Origin: an uncultured Actinomycetes bacterium
GTDB lineage: Bacteria; Actinomycetota; Actinomycetes; Streptosporangiales; Streptosporangiaceae
Reading direction: 5' to 3'
Assembly: GCA_963782185.1 (NCBI GenBank)
Contig: CAWAJB010000024.1
Span: 48,433 to 112,432 of the forward strand
Length of the DNA stretch: 64,000 nt
Shown here: one piece after another, positions 49,670-59,158 of the stretch
How the letters are laid out: each line of letters opens with the position of its first letter
Numbering within the stretch: the stretch's first letter is position 1
Program-made: the position numbers and the translations under genes
Notes under the pieces: generated by a model
What the model was told of the DNA's origin: nothing
Database searches by the model: none
The model's input: only the letters and a program-made list of their open reading frames with translations

Positions 49670-51097
49670 TCAGACGTCGTAGTACATCGCGAACTCGTGC
49701 GGCGAGGGGCGCAGCCGCACCGGGTCGAGCTCGTTCGTCCGCTTGTACTCGATCCAGGTCTCGATGAGGTCCGGCGTGAACACGCCTCCCTCGAGCAGGT
49801 AGTCGTGGTCCTCCTCGAGGGTGTCCAGCACCGCCTCCAGCGAGCCCGGAACCTGCGGGATCGCCGCGGCCTCGTCCGGCGGCAGTTCGTACAGGTCCTT
49901 GTCCACCGGCTCGTGCGGCTCGATCTTGTTCTTGATGCCGTCGATGCCGGCCATCAGCATGGCGGAGAAAGCCAGGTACGGGTTGGCGGAGGGGTCGGGG
50001 ACCCGGAACTCCAGGCGCTTGGCCTTGGGGTTCGAGCCGGTGATCGGGATTCGCACGCAGGCGGACCGGTTGCGCTGAGAGTAGACCAGGTTGACCGGCG
50101 CCTCGTACCCCGGTACCAGGCGGTGGTAGGAGTTCACCGTCGGGTTGGTGAACGCGAGCAGTGAGGGCGCGTGCTTGAGCAGGCCGCCCACGTAGTACCG
50201 GCCGGTGTCCGACAGGCCCGCGTAGCCCACCTCGTCGTAGAAGAGCGGCGAGCCGTCCTTCCAGATGCTCTGGTGGCAGTGCATGCCGGAGCCGTTGTCA
50301 CCGAAGATCGGCTTGGGCATGAACGTGGCGGTCTTGCCCGCGGCCCGCGCAACGCTCTTCACCACGTACTTGTAGAGCATCAGGTTGTCCGCCTGCTTGA
50401 GCAGCGGGCCGAACAGGATGTCGATCTCCGCCTGGCCCGCGGTGCCGACCTCGTGGTGCTGCATCTCCACGGTAAGGCCGACCTCGATCATCTTGCGGAC
50501 CATCTCCGACCGCAGGTCGGTGTAGTGGTCGATCGGCGGGACCGGGAAGTACCCGCCCTTGTACGGGGGCTTGGAGCCGAGGTTCCCGCCCTCCTCCTCA
50601 CGCCCGGTGTTCCAGGCGCCCTCGACCGAGTCGATGTAGTAGTAGCCGGCGTTGGCCCCGGTGTCGTAGCGCACCGAGTCGAAGATGTAGAACTCGGCTT
50701 CCGGCCCGAAGAACGCGGTGTCCCCGATCCCGGTGCCCTGCAGGAACGTCTCGGCCTTGCGGGCCACGTTCCGCGGGTCACGGGTGTACGGCTCGCCGGT
50801 CAGCGGGTCGTGCACGAAGAACGTGAGATTCAGGGTCGGGTGCTGGCGGAACGGGTCCATCACGGCAGTGGTCGGGTCGGGCATCAGGAGCATGTCCGAC
50901 TCGTGGATCTGCTGGAAGCCCCGGATCGAGGAGCCGTCGAACATGCGGCCCTCGGTGAAAACCTTCTCGTCGAACGACTCGGTCGGGACCGTGAAGTGCT
51001 GGACGGTGCCCGGCAGGTCACAGAACCTGACATCGACGAACTCAACCTTGTTATCGCCGATGAACTTCAGTACCTCGTCGGCGTTGTTGAACATCAA
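49670..51097 (-). CDS. glnA: glutamine synthetase type I (GSI-beta), with an adenylylation-site tyrosine context
   Basis: [48 protein letters not shown], and DKDLYELPP (GlnE target-Tyr context). Confidence 0.95.
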   Translation of the reverse strand: MMFNNADEVLKFIGDNKVEFVDVRFCDLPGTVQHFTVPTESFDEKVFTEGRMFDGSSIRGFQQIHESDMLLMPDPTTAVMDPFRQHPTLNLTFFVHDPLTGEPYTRDPRNVARKAETFLQGTGIGDTAFFGPEAEFYIFDSVRYDTGANAGYYYIDSVEGAWNTGREEEGGNLGSKPPYKGGYFPVPPIDHYTDLRSEMVRKMIEVGLTVEMQHHEVGTAGQAEIDILFGPLLKQADNLMLYKYVVKSVARAAGKTATFMPKPIFGDNGSGMHCHQSIWKDGSPLFYDEVGYAGLSDTGRYYVGGLLKHAPSLLAFTNPTVNSYHRLVPGYEAPVNLVYSQRNRSACVRIPITGSNPKAKRLEFRVPDPSANPYLAFSAMLMAGIDGIKNKIEPHEPVDKDLYELPPDEAAAIPQVPGSLEAVLDTLEEDHDYLLEGGVFTPDLIETWIEYKRTNELDPVRLRPSPHEFAMYYDV

Positions 51098-51270
51098 CCC
51101 TCCCTGAACGGAGCTGGCACCGCGTTAGCTGGCACGAGTTGCCTCCCTGGACTGCCGCGGCTGAGGGCCGCGGGAAGGCGGCCACGCAGAGCTGGCCGCA
51201 CGGGGGGCCTGCCTGCGGCAGGAACGTTTCGGACCATAGTTCCCGGCGATTTCCCGCCCGTGTCTCTAGT

Positions 51271-51286
51271 GTTTCACACGTGTTAC
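51271..51286 (-). promoter_or_regulatory. candidate GlnR box GTAAC-n6-GAAAC upstream of glnA
   Basis: The minus strand reads ggcGTAACacgtgtGAAACact, an exact match to the recalled gTnAc-n6-GaAAc half-consensus. It lies about 175-190 nt upstream of the glnA start (51097), in a locally AT-richer stretch. Confidence 0.5.
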
Positions 51287-51386
51287 GCCTCACCATGCGT
51301 GAACCGCGTAGGCCGTCAAGAGTCCGCACGCCCGCGGTGAGCAGGCCCTGGGCCGCCGCTGGCGCGGGCGAGGGTACCGTGAAGGG

Positions 51387-51821
51387 GTGACGGAACGACG
51401 CTGGGCCGGGGCGCTGCTGCCGACCCGCAACCCCGCTGACGCGGAGAAGTACCCGGGAGAGCAGTTCGGCCTCCCCGAGCGAGGCCCCCGGTCGGTGGCC
51501 AGCATGGGCCGGCGCCTGCTCGCCCTGCTGATCGACTGGCTGGCGAGCCTGGTCGTGGCGCTGGCCGTCTTCCATTCGGCCGGCTGGACGCTGCTGGTCT
51601 TCACCGCCGAGGTCTACCTGCTTACCGCGCTGACCGGCTTCACCCTGGGTAAGCGGGTGCTCGGCCTCCGGGTGGCCCGCCTGGATGGCAAGCCGGTGGG
51701 CTTGCTGTGGTCACTCGTCCGCACGCTGCTGCTGATCACCGTGATCCCGCCGCTGGTCACCGACCGGGACCTGCGCGGCCTGCACGACCGGGCGGCCAAC
51801 ACGATCGTGATCCGCTCCTGA
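51387..51821 (+). CDS. RDD family membrane protein
   Basis: MGRRLLALLIDWLASLVVA...LGKRVLGLRVARLDG...DRDLRGLHDRAANTIV is the RDD-domain pattern. Confidence 0.75.
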   Translation: MTERRWAGALLPTRNPADAEKYPGEQFGLPERGPRSVASMGRRLLALLIDWLASLVVALAVFHSAGWTLLVFTAEVYLLTALTGFTLGKRVLGLRVARLDGKPVGLLWSLVRTLLLITVIPPLVTDRDLRGLHDRAANTIVIRS

Positions 51822-51880
51822 CCACCGGATTCTTACCGGCCCGCCCCGGCCAGGCCCGCCCGGCCTGCCGGGCCTGACGG

Positions 51881-52588
51881 CTAGCGGATCCGGGGCCGCG
51901 GCTGCCGGGGCATCCGCCCCGACTTGGGCATCGGCCCCTTGGGAGCCTGCAGCGACTGGGGCAGCGCCTTGAGCCGGTAATTGAGCTCGGTCACCTCGGC
52001 GCCCTTCAGGTTGCGGGGCAGCCGCATGACCTTCCGCTGCAGCTTGCGGATCGGCACCTGGCCCTCTTCGTTGCCGACCTGGAAGTCGTAGATCGGCGTC
52101 TCGTAGGCGACCCGGGAGATCCGCTTCTTCTCCGCCGCGAGCAGGCTGGGCAGCCGGGTGGGCGCCCCCTCGCCGACGAGCACGACCCCGGGCTTGCCGA
52201 CCGCCCGGTGCACCACGTCCATATTTCGGTTGGCCGATACCGCCGGGGTCACGGTCCAGCCGCCGCGCATGCTCTGCAGGATCGCCGCGGCCGCACCCGG
52301 CTGTCCCTCGACCACCGAGTACTGTGCCGACTGGGCGAATCGCCCGAACATCAGCATGGCGGCGGCCAGGCCGATCACCACGCCGAACGGGATCAGCACG
52401 CCGGGCAGGCCGGTCAGCAGCCCGACGATCACGAAGACGGCGATGATCCCGACCGCGGTCAGCGCGATGATCGGGAGCGCCCTGGGGTTCTGTTCGCGGA
52501 TTATCCCCGCGACCATGCGGATCTGCTTGATGCGGCCCGGAGGGACGCCGTCCCCGCCGTCCTTCCGGTTCGCCGTACTGTTCGCCAT
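51881..52588 (-). CDS. DUF4191 domain-containing membrane protein
   Basis: RIKQIRMVAGIIREQNPRALPIIALTAVGIIAVFVIVGLLTG ... and the conserved position next to lipA in actinomycetes. Confidence 0.7.
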   Translation of the reverse strand: MANSTANRKDGGDGVPPGRIKQIRMVAGIIREQNPRALPIIALTAVGIIAVFVIVGLLTGLPGVLIPFGVVIGLAAAMLMFGRFAQSAQYSVVEGQPGAAAAILQSMRGGWTVTPAVSANRNMDVVHRAVGKPGVVLVGEGAPTRLPSLLAAEKKRISRVAYETPIYDFQVGNEEGQVPIRKLQRKVMRLPRNLKGAEVTELNYRLKALPQSLQAPKGPMPKSGRMPRQPRPRIR

Positions 52589-52605
52589 GGAGGGCAGGAT
52601 ACGAG

Positions 52606-53565
52606 TCAGCGGGCCTGGGGGGAAACTGCGGCGCCCGCCGAGCCCGCCCGGCTGGCCATCGCCTCCCGGTACAGGCGCCCCGCGCGGTAGGACGAGCGGA
52701 CCAGCGGCCCGGACATGACGCCGGAGAATCCCATGTCCGAGGCCTGCGCGCCGAGCCGGCCGAACTCTTCCGGCGGCACCCAGCGCTCCACCGGATGGTG
52801 GCGCGGCGACGGACGCAGGTACTGGGTGATCGTGATCAGCTCGCAGCCGGCCGCGCGCAGGTCGGCCAGGGCCCCGGTGATCTCGTGCGGTTCCTCGCCC
52901 AGGCCGAGGATCAGGTTGGACTTGGTCACCAGCCCGGCCTCCCGGGCCAGCGTGATGACCTCCAGCGAGCGCTCGTAGCGGAAGCCGGGCCTGATCCGCC
53001 TGAAGATCCGGGGCACGGTCTCGATGTTGTGGGCCAGCACCTCTGGCCGGGCCCCGAACACCTCGGCCAGCCGGTCCCCGGCCGCGTTGAAGTCAGGGAT
53101 CAGCAGTTCCACCCCGCAGCCCGGCACGGTGGCGTGGATCTCGCGGGCGGTCTGCGCGTACAGCCACGCGCCGCCGTCGGGAAGGTCGTCGCGGGCGACC
53201 CCGGTCACGGTCGCGTAGCGCAGGCCCATCGCGGCCACCGACTCGGCGACGCGGCGCGGCTCGTCCGTGTCCAGCGGCTGCGGCTTGCCCGTGGCGATCT
53301 GGCAGAAGTCGCAGCGCCTCGTGCACTGATCCCCGCCGATCAGGAACGTGGCCTCACGGTCTTCCCAGCATTCGAAGATGTTCGGGCAGCCGGCTTCCTC
53401 GCAGACCGTGTGCAGGCCCTCCCGGCTGACCAGGCTTTTCAGGGCCGTGTATTCCGGGCCGGTGCGCAGCCGCGTCTTGATCCACGGCGGCTTTCTCTCG
53501 ATGGGAGTCTGGCTGTTGCGCGTTTCGAGACGGAGCAGCCTGCGTCCTTCGGGTGCGAGTACCAC
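52606..53565 (-). CDS. lipA: lipoyl synthase
   Basis: [13 protein letters not shown] and [10 protein letters not shown] (two Fe-S Cys clusters), and [10 protein letters not shown]. Confidence 0.95.
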   Translation of the reverse strand: MVLAPEGRRLLRLETRNSQTPIERKPPWIKTRLRTGPEYTALKSLVSREGLHTVCEEAGCPNIFECWEDREATFLIGGDQCTRRCDFCQIATGKPQPLDTDEPRRVAESVAAMGLRYATVTGVARDDLPDGGAWLYAQTAREIHATVPGCGVELLIPDFNAAGDRLAEVFGARPEVLAHNIETVPRIFRRIRPGFRYERSLEVITLAREAGLVTKSNLILGLGEEPHEITGALADLRAAGCELITITQYLRPSPRHHPVERWVPPEEFGRLGAQASDMGFSGVMSGPLVRSSYRAGRLYREAMASRAGSAGAAVSPQAR

Positions 53566-53569
53566 CCTG

Positions 53570-54910
53570 TCAGCCTACGTCCCGGGAGCCCGGGCCTGCG
53601 CGGCGCAGCCGGGCGTACCGCGCCCAGCCCAGGGCGCCGGCGACGATACCGCCGGTGCCGGCGATGACCAGGACCGCACGCGGGTTGAGCGGGCCCAGCA
53701 GGCCGCCGGCCGCGGCCATGCCCACCGACGCCGCGCCGAACAGCACCCCGGAGTACAGGGCGAAGACCCGGCCGGAGATGGCCGCGGGCACCCGGTGGTT
53801 CAGGAAGCTGCGCGTGGTCACGACCTCGACCCCGTTGGCCAGGCCGCCGATCCCGTAGGCCGCCGCGGCCTGCCACAGCGTGACCGCGCCACCGGCGAGG
53901 GCCACCCCGGTGCCGGCGATGACCGTGCCGGCGAGGGTGGCCACCACCAGGCGGCGGCGGCGCACCCGCCCGCCGGCCAGCGTGCCGCCCAGCATGCCCG
54001 CGGTCCAGGCCGCGACGAGTACCGAATACCCCGAGGGACCCGCCTTGAGCACCCCCTCGGCGAAGGCCACCTCCGCCACGCTGGCCAGGTTGCCGAAGGC
54101 GACCATTACCGCGACCACCAGCACCAGCAGGCCGGCCTCGCGGTCGGCCCGCAGGAAGCGCAGCCCGGCGCTGACCTGCCGCCCGAGTGACCCGGCCTGG
54201 CTGCCCGGGCCATCGGCGTCCCCGCCGGCCAGGCCCGCCGGCCCCGCAGCCAGCGGGAGCGCGCGCAGCCCTATCGCGCCCAGCCCGTACACGGCGGCGA
54301 CCGCGCCCAGCGCCAGCCCGGTACCCCCGGCCGCGGTGAGCACCCCGGCCAGCAGCGGGCCCACGGTGAACCCGCCCCAGGTGGCTGCCTGCAGGTACCC
54401 GTTGGCCCGGGTGACCCCGGCCCGGCCGGCCAGTTGCGGGACGATGGCGCCCAGGCCGGGCTGCAGCAGGGCCGCGCACACACCGAAGCCGAGGGACAAC
54501 CCGAGGATGGCCCCGGTGCCGGTGAGCCGGGTGAGGGCCAGGGCCACGGCGGTCTGCGCGACCGCCGCGGCGACCAGGACCGGCCGGGGCGAGAGCCGGT
54601 CGAGCAGCAGGCCCGCCGCCGGGGCGAGGGCCGTGATCGGCACCGTCACGGCGAGGAACACCGACGCCACCGCCCACGAGGCGTGCGAGGTCTGGTACAC
54701 CCGGCTGGCCAGGGCCACCATGGCCAGCCCGTCCCCGGCGGAGATCAGGGTCTGCAGGATGACCGCCAGGCTGAGCGTGTAGCGCGGGGCAGCCCGGCCC
54801 GGGCCCTGCGCGCCCCGCCCGGGCATGGCCGGCCGGCCCGGCGCGGGCACAGCGGACGGGCTCAGCTCAGCGGAGGACGCGGTCGCGTCAGCGACCTGCG
54901 GGAGGGACAC
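53570..54910 (-). CDS. MFS transporter (12-TMS type)
   Basis: 446-aa polytopic protein with [12 protein letters not shown] (motif A-like D-R-x-x-R) and MFS-like repeat organisation. Confidence 0.75.
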   Translation of the reverse strand: MSLPQVADATASSAELSPSAVPAPGRPAMPGRGAQGPGRAAPRYTLSLAVILQTLISAGDGLAMVALASRVYQTSHASWAVASVFLAVTVPITALAPAAGLLLDRLSPRPVLVAAAVAQTAVALALTRLTGTGAILGLSLGFGVCAALLQPGLGAIVPQLAGRAGVTRANGYLQAATWGGFTVGPLLAGVLTAAGGTGLALGAVAAVYGLGAIGLRALPLAAGPAGLAGGDADGPGSQAGSLGRQVSAGLRFLRADREAGLLVLVVAVMVAFGNLASVAEVAFAEGVLKAGPSGYSVLVAAWTAGMLGGTLAGGRVRRRRLVVATLAGTVIAGTGVALAGGAVTLWQAAAAYGIGGLANGVEVVTTRSFLNHRVPAAISGRVFALYSGVLFGAASVGMAAAGGLLGPLNPRAVLVIAGTGGIVAGALGWARYARLRRAGPGSRDVG

Positions 54911-55117
54911 GGGAAGGCTCCTAGGACGAGGGCAGGCGAGGGCTCGGGGGCGATGAGAGCGAGGCCGCTGGTCCTAGTACACGCCCGCAAGTCTATCAGG
55001 GCGGGCGCTGTGGCCTGGATAATTATCGCGGCGGCCGCCCCGCCCGCTGCGGCGGCGCAGGGCCGCATCCCGGTTATCGATGTGACGCGGGGTCCCCTTG
55101 TCGGGGACCATGGACCC

Positions 55118-56446
55118 ATGCCAACGCAGTTCGATCCCCCCTCGGGGACACGTGATTTCCTGGCCGCCGACGTCGAGGCGCGCGAGCGCGCGTTCGCGGT
55201 GATCCGCTCGGTGTTCTCGAGGTACGGGTTCGAGCCGCTCCAGACGCCGGCTTTCGAGCGCCTCGACGTGCTGCTGGGCAAGTACGGAGAAGAGGGCGAC
55301 AAGCTCATCTTCAAGATCCTGCGGCGCGGCGAGCACGAGGCCTCCGGCGAGGCGGACCTGGCGTTGCGCTACGACATGACGGTGCCGCTGGCGCGGGTCG
55401 CCGCCGCCTACGGCAGCCAGCTGCCCACGCCGTACAAGCGTTACGCGATGGGCCCGGTGTGGCGGGCGGACCGGCCGGGGCGGGGCCGCTTCCGCGAGTT
55501 CGTGCAGTGCGATCTGGACACCCTGGGCACGGCCTCGGTACTGGCCGACGCGGAAGTGATCTGCGCCGTGCACGACACGCTGGCCGGGCTGGGCGTCGCG
55601 GACTTCCGGTTCCTGCTCAATTCCCGGCACGTGCTGGCCGGCCTGCTGGAGGCGTTCGGTGTGCCCGCCGATGTAGGCCCCGGCGTCCTGATCACCCTGG
55701 ACAAGCTGGACAAGCTGCCGCCTGCGGACGTGATCGCCGAGCTGGCCGGCCGGGGCCTGGCCCGCGGCACCGCGGAGGACCTGGTCACCACCATGACCGC
55801 CCCGGATGCGGACGAGCGGATCCGGGCCGCGCTCAAGCCGAGCGAGGAGGGCTCAGCCGGGCTGGACGAGGTGGACGAGGTGCTCTCGCTGGTCACGGCG
55901 CAGGTCCCGGCCGGCCGGATCGAGTTCACCCCCCGCATGGTCCGCGGGCTGAGCTACTACACCGGCCCGATCTGGGAGGTGGTCGCGGACGGGGTGCCCG
56001 GGTCCATCTCCTCGGGCGGCCGCTACGACCACCTGATCGAGCAGCTCGGCGGGCCCGATGTGCCGGGTACCGGCGGGTCGCTGGGCATCGAGCGGATCCT
56101 GCTGCTGCTGCCCGACGGCGTCCGCGCGGGCCGGCCCGGGCGGCTGGACGTCGCCGTCACCATCCTCGGGCAGGAGTTCGCGGCCCGCGGGTTCGCGTTG
56201 GCGGCGGACGCCCGCCGGGCGGGCCTGCGGTCCAGCGTGTACATGGGCTCGTCGGGGAAGCTCGGCCGCCAGCTCAAGTGGGCCAGTGACCAGGGTGCCC
56301 GCTGGGCGCTGATCTACGGCCGCCAGGAAGAGGAAGCCAGCGCGGTGACGGTGCGGGACATGGACAGCGGCGTGCAGGCGGTGGTCCCGGCCACTGAGCT
56401 GACGGGCTACCTGGCCGGGCAGGCGGATCCGGAAGCGGCGGGCTAG
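55118..56446 (+). CDS. hisS: histidine--tRNA ligase of the archaeal/eukaryote-like sequence type
   Basis: PSGTRDFLA..., KYGEEGDKLIFKIL, LALRYDMTVPLARV, RGRFREFVQCDLD (motif 2), GGRYDHLI and GGSLGIERI (motif 3), plus a C-terminal anticodon-binding domain. ATG at 55118. Confidence 0.85.
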   Translation: MPTQFDPPSGTRDFLAADVEARERAFAVIRSVFSRYGFEPLQTPAFERLDVLLGKYGEEGDKLIFKILRRGEHEASGEADLALRYDMTVPLARVAAAYGSQLPTPYKRYAMGPVWRADRPGRGRFREFVQCDLDTLGTASVLADAEVICAVHDTLAGLGVADFRFLLNSRHVLAGLLEAFGVPADVGPGVLITLDKLDKLPPADVIAELAGRGLARGTAEDLVTTMTAPDADERIRAALKPSEEGSAGLDEVDEVLSLVTAQVPAGRIEFTPRMVRGLSYYTGPIWEVVADGVPGSISSGGRYDHLIEQLGGPDVPGTGGSLGIERILLLLPDGVRAGRPGRLDVAVTILGQEFAARGFALAADARRAGLRSSVYMGSSGKLGRQLKWASDQGARWALIYGRQEEEASAVTVRDMDSGVQAVVPATELTGYLAGQADPEAAG

Positions 56447-56492
56447 AGACGCGGGAGAGGCTGCGCCCCGGATCCGCCTAGGAGACGGCGGC

Positions 56493-57266
56493 CTAGGAGA
56501 CAGCGGCCTCGCAGACCGACCGCCGCCAGGTGGCCGCACCGAGCACGTCGGCCAGGTGGTGCTCGACGGCGCCGACCATGCCGGTCACGGCCACCGGCCG
56601 TCCGAGTTCGGCCGAGAGGCTGGTGACCCCGGCGTCCCGGATGCCGCACGCCGCGATGCGGGTGAACCAGCCGAGGTCACAGTCGCAGTTGAGCGCGAAA
56701 CCGTGCATCGTGACCCCGCGCGACACCCGGATCCCGATCGCGGCGACCTTGCGCGCCGGCTCTCCGGCGACCCACACCCCACTGCGTCCCTCCACCCGCG
56801 TGGTGCTCAGGCCCGCGCCGGCGCAGGCCCGTATCAGCGCTTCCTCGATGGCCCGCACGTAGGCGATCACGTCAACCGGCTCGCCGAGCCGGACGATCGG
56901 GTACCCGACCAGCTGGCCGGGGCCGTGCCAGGTGATCTTGCCGCCCCGGTCCACCTCGACCACGGGCGCGCCCGCGTCGCCTACGGGCCGGTCCAGCGGA
57001 CTCGTCCGCTTCCCGGCCGTGAACACCGGCTCATGCTGCAGCAGCAGGCACGTGTCCGGGATCTCGTTGTTCACCCTCTGCCCGTGCAGCTGGCGCTGCA
57101 GCTCCCAGCCGCGCAGGTAGGGGATGGGCTGCTGCCCGCCGAGGCCGAGATGCAGGTAAACCAGCTCGTCGCTCACGCTGCCCACGATATCCGCGGTCCC
57201 GGCACCCCGGCTGGCCGGCTCCGGGCCATGTCCCAGCGAAACCACAGGCGCCGGCGTGGGAAGCAA
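56493..57266 (-). CDS. lipB: lipoyl(octanoyl) transferase
   Basis: [39 protein letters not shown]...[17 protein letters not shown]...HGFALN. An alternative GTG start at 57176 would give about 227 aa. Confidence 0.9.
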   Translation of the reverse strand: MLPTPAPVVSLGHGPEPASRGAGTADIVGSVSDELVYLHLGLGGQQPIPYLRGWELQRQLHGQRVNNEIPDTCLLLQHEPVFTAGKRTSPLDRPVGDAGAPVVEVDRGGKITWHGPGQLVGYPIVRLGEPVDVIAYVRAIEEALIRACAGAGLSTTRVEGRSGVWVAGEPARKVAAIGIRVSRGVTMHGFALNCDCDLGWFTRIAACGIRDAGVTSLSAELGRPVAVTGMVGAVEHHLADVLGAATWRRSVCEAAVS

Positions 57267-57307
57267 TGCGTTCCGCGGGGTAGTTAGCGCCTAGGGAGGT
57301 ACTTCAC

Positions 57308-58033
57308 GTGATCAATGTGGACGAGCTCCGCCGGATGAGCCCGGACGAGCGTGCCGAACTCGCGTGCGCCCTCGCGGCCCTGGACGTTTCTCCCGGTGAG
57401 GATCCCGCCGCCGGCGACGCCGAGTCGTCCGGCCCGCCCGCGGAATCAGACCTGCCGGGGAACCCGCGGAGCCGGGCCATCGCGCTCGTGGCCGTCATCG
57501 GCTGCTGCCTCGCGCTGGCGGCCTGGATCGGCGTGCTCGCGGTCACGCTGCCCCGGTACTACCGCTCGGGGGGATGGCGGGGCGCCTGGGTGGGGTTCGA
57601 TCTCGGGCTGCTGGTCACGTTCACGGTCACCGCGTGGGCCGGCTGGCGGCACCGCCAGCTGGTGATCGTATGCCTGGTGGTGCTGGCCACCCTGCTCTGC
57701 TGCGACGCATGGTTCGACGTCACCCTGGATCTGCGCACCAGCGATTTCCTGGTCAGCCTGCTGATGGCGCTGTGCGTCGAGCTGCCGCTGGCCGCGCTGG
57801 CCGTCATCGGTGCCCGCCGCCTGATGCGGCTGAACATCCGGACGGCCGGCCGGGTGATGGGCCGGACGGGACGGGTGCCGCCGCTGTGGAAGATCCCGCT
57901 GTACGGCCTGGAATCCCGCGGCTTCCGTACGCTCATCCCGGCCGAGCCGTGCCCGCCCGTGCCGCCGCCCGGGCCCGGCCAGGCCAGTGTGACCTCCGGG
58001 GAGGCCCTCTCAGCGCGCGGTACCCCGCAGTAA
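57308..58033 (+). CDS. hypothetical membrane protein (about 4 TM)
   Basis: TM-like segments AIALVAVIGCCLALAAWIGVLAV, FDLGLLVTFTVTAWAGW, VIVCLVVLATLLCCDAWF and LLMALCVELPLAALAVIG. No family recognised. Confidence 0.45.
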   Translation: MINVDELRRMSPDERAELACALAALDVSPGEDPAAGDAESSGPPAESDLPGNPRSRAIALVAVIGCCLALAAWIGVLAVTLPRYYRSGGWRGAWVGFDLGLLVTFTVTAWAGWRHRQLVIVCLVVLATLLCCDAWFDVTLDLRTSDFLVSLLMALCVELPLAALAVIGARRLMRLNIRTAGRVMGRTGRVPPLWKIPLYGLESRGFRTLIPAEPCPPVPPPGPGQASVTSGEALSARGTPQ

Positions 58034-58079
58034 CGCCCGGCTCCTCTGCTCTGCGCAATCTGGCCGGCCTCCGGCGCCC

Positions 58080-59054
58080 TCACCGCGTTCCTATCCGGTG
58101 CGTCAGCCGGGCCAGGCCCGGCACCAGGGGACAGCGGAACCTAGGCGGCGGAGCCGCCGGCTGAAGCTCGGCGGCCAGCGCGGCGCCCAGGTCGGGCTGA
58201 GTGAACTGGAACCCGGCCTGGCGCAGCACCCGGGGCATGACCCGGGCGCTGGTCATCAGGTCGCTGGTCACCTCGCCGAGGGCGACCGACAGCACCGGGG
58301 ACGGGATGCTCAGCAACGCCGGACGGTGCAGCGCGCCCGCCAGCGCCGCGGTGAAGGCGGCGTTGGTCGCCGGGTTGGGAGAGGTCAGGTTCACCGGCCC
58401 GGACTCCCCCTGGTCGTCCAGGAGGAAGCGGGCGGCCCGGACCCAGTCGGCCAGGGTCACCCAGCTCATGTACTGCGTGCCCGCGCCGAGCCGGGCGCCC
58501 AGGCCGAGCCGGAACGGCAGCAGCAGCCGCCCGAGCACCCCGCCGTGGCGGGAGAGCACGATGCCGGTGCGCAGGGTGGCGACCCGGATCCCGGCCTGCC
58601 GGGCCGGGTCGGCGGCCGCTTCCCAGTCCCTGACCACCCCGGCCAGGAACCCTGGGCCCGCCGGGGCCGACTCGTCCACTTCCCGGCTCCCGGTATCCCC
58701 GTACCAGCCGATGGCGGAACCGGAGAGCAGGACTGCGGGCGGCTGGTCCATGGCGGCCAGGAACTCGGTGAGCGCCCGGGTGCCCTGGACCCGGCTGGAC
58801 CGGATCTCCTCCTTGTAGGAGTCGGTCCAGCGGTGGTCGGCGATGCCCGCGCCGGCCAGGTGCACGACCGCGTCGGTTCCGTCCAGGGCGCCCGGCGCCA
58901 GGCTGCCCAGGGGGGTCAGCGGATCCCACGCGATCTCGGCGGCGGACGCGGGCGTCCGGCGCACCAGCGTGACCACCTGGTCCCCGCTGTCCCGCAGCGA
59001 GGCGGTCAGGGCGCTGCCGATCAGCCCGGACGCCCCGGTCACCGCGACTTTCAT
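58080..59054 (-). CDS. TIGR01777-family NAD-dependent epimerase/dehydratase-like protein (with a DUF1731 C-terminus)
   Basis: MKVAVTGASGLIGSALTASL Rossmann start, about 300 aa of SDR-like sequence, and a typical C-terminal ..RVMPRVLRQAGFQF. Confidence 0.75.
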   Translation of the reverse strand: MKVAVTGASGLIGSALTASLRDSGDQVVTLVRRTPASAAEIAWDPLTPLGSLAPGALDGTDAVVHLAGAGIADHRWTDSYKEEIRSSRVQGTRALTEFLAAMDQPPAVLLSGSAIGWYGDTGSREVDESAPAGPGFLAGVVRDWEAAADPARQAGIRVATLRTGIVLSRHGGVLGRLLLPFRLGLGARLGAGTQYMSWVTLADWVRAARFLLDDQGESGPVNLTSPNPATNAAFTAALAGALHRPALLSIPSPVLSVALGEVTSDLMTSARVMPRVLRQAGFQFTQPDLGAALAAELQPAAPPPRFRCPLVPGLARLTHRIGTR

Positions 59055-59158
59055 GGCTGCCCCCGTCTGCTCGCACGTGTGGCCCGCTGGGCCCGTCGCT
59101 TGAGTCTTCGTTGGGCGCGGGGCCCGCGGACGCCTGCCCGGCGGCTATGGCATGCCGC

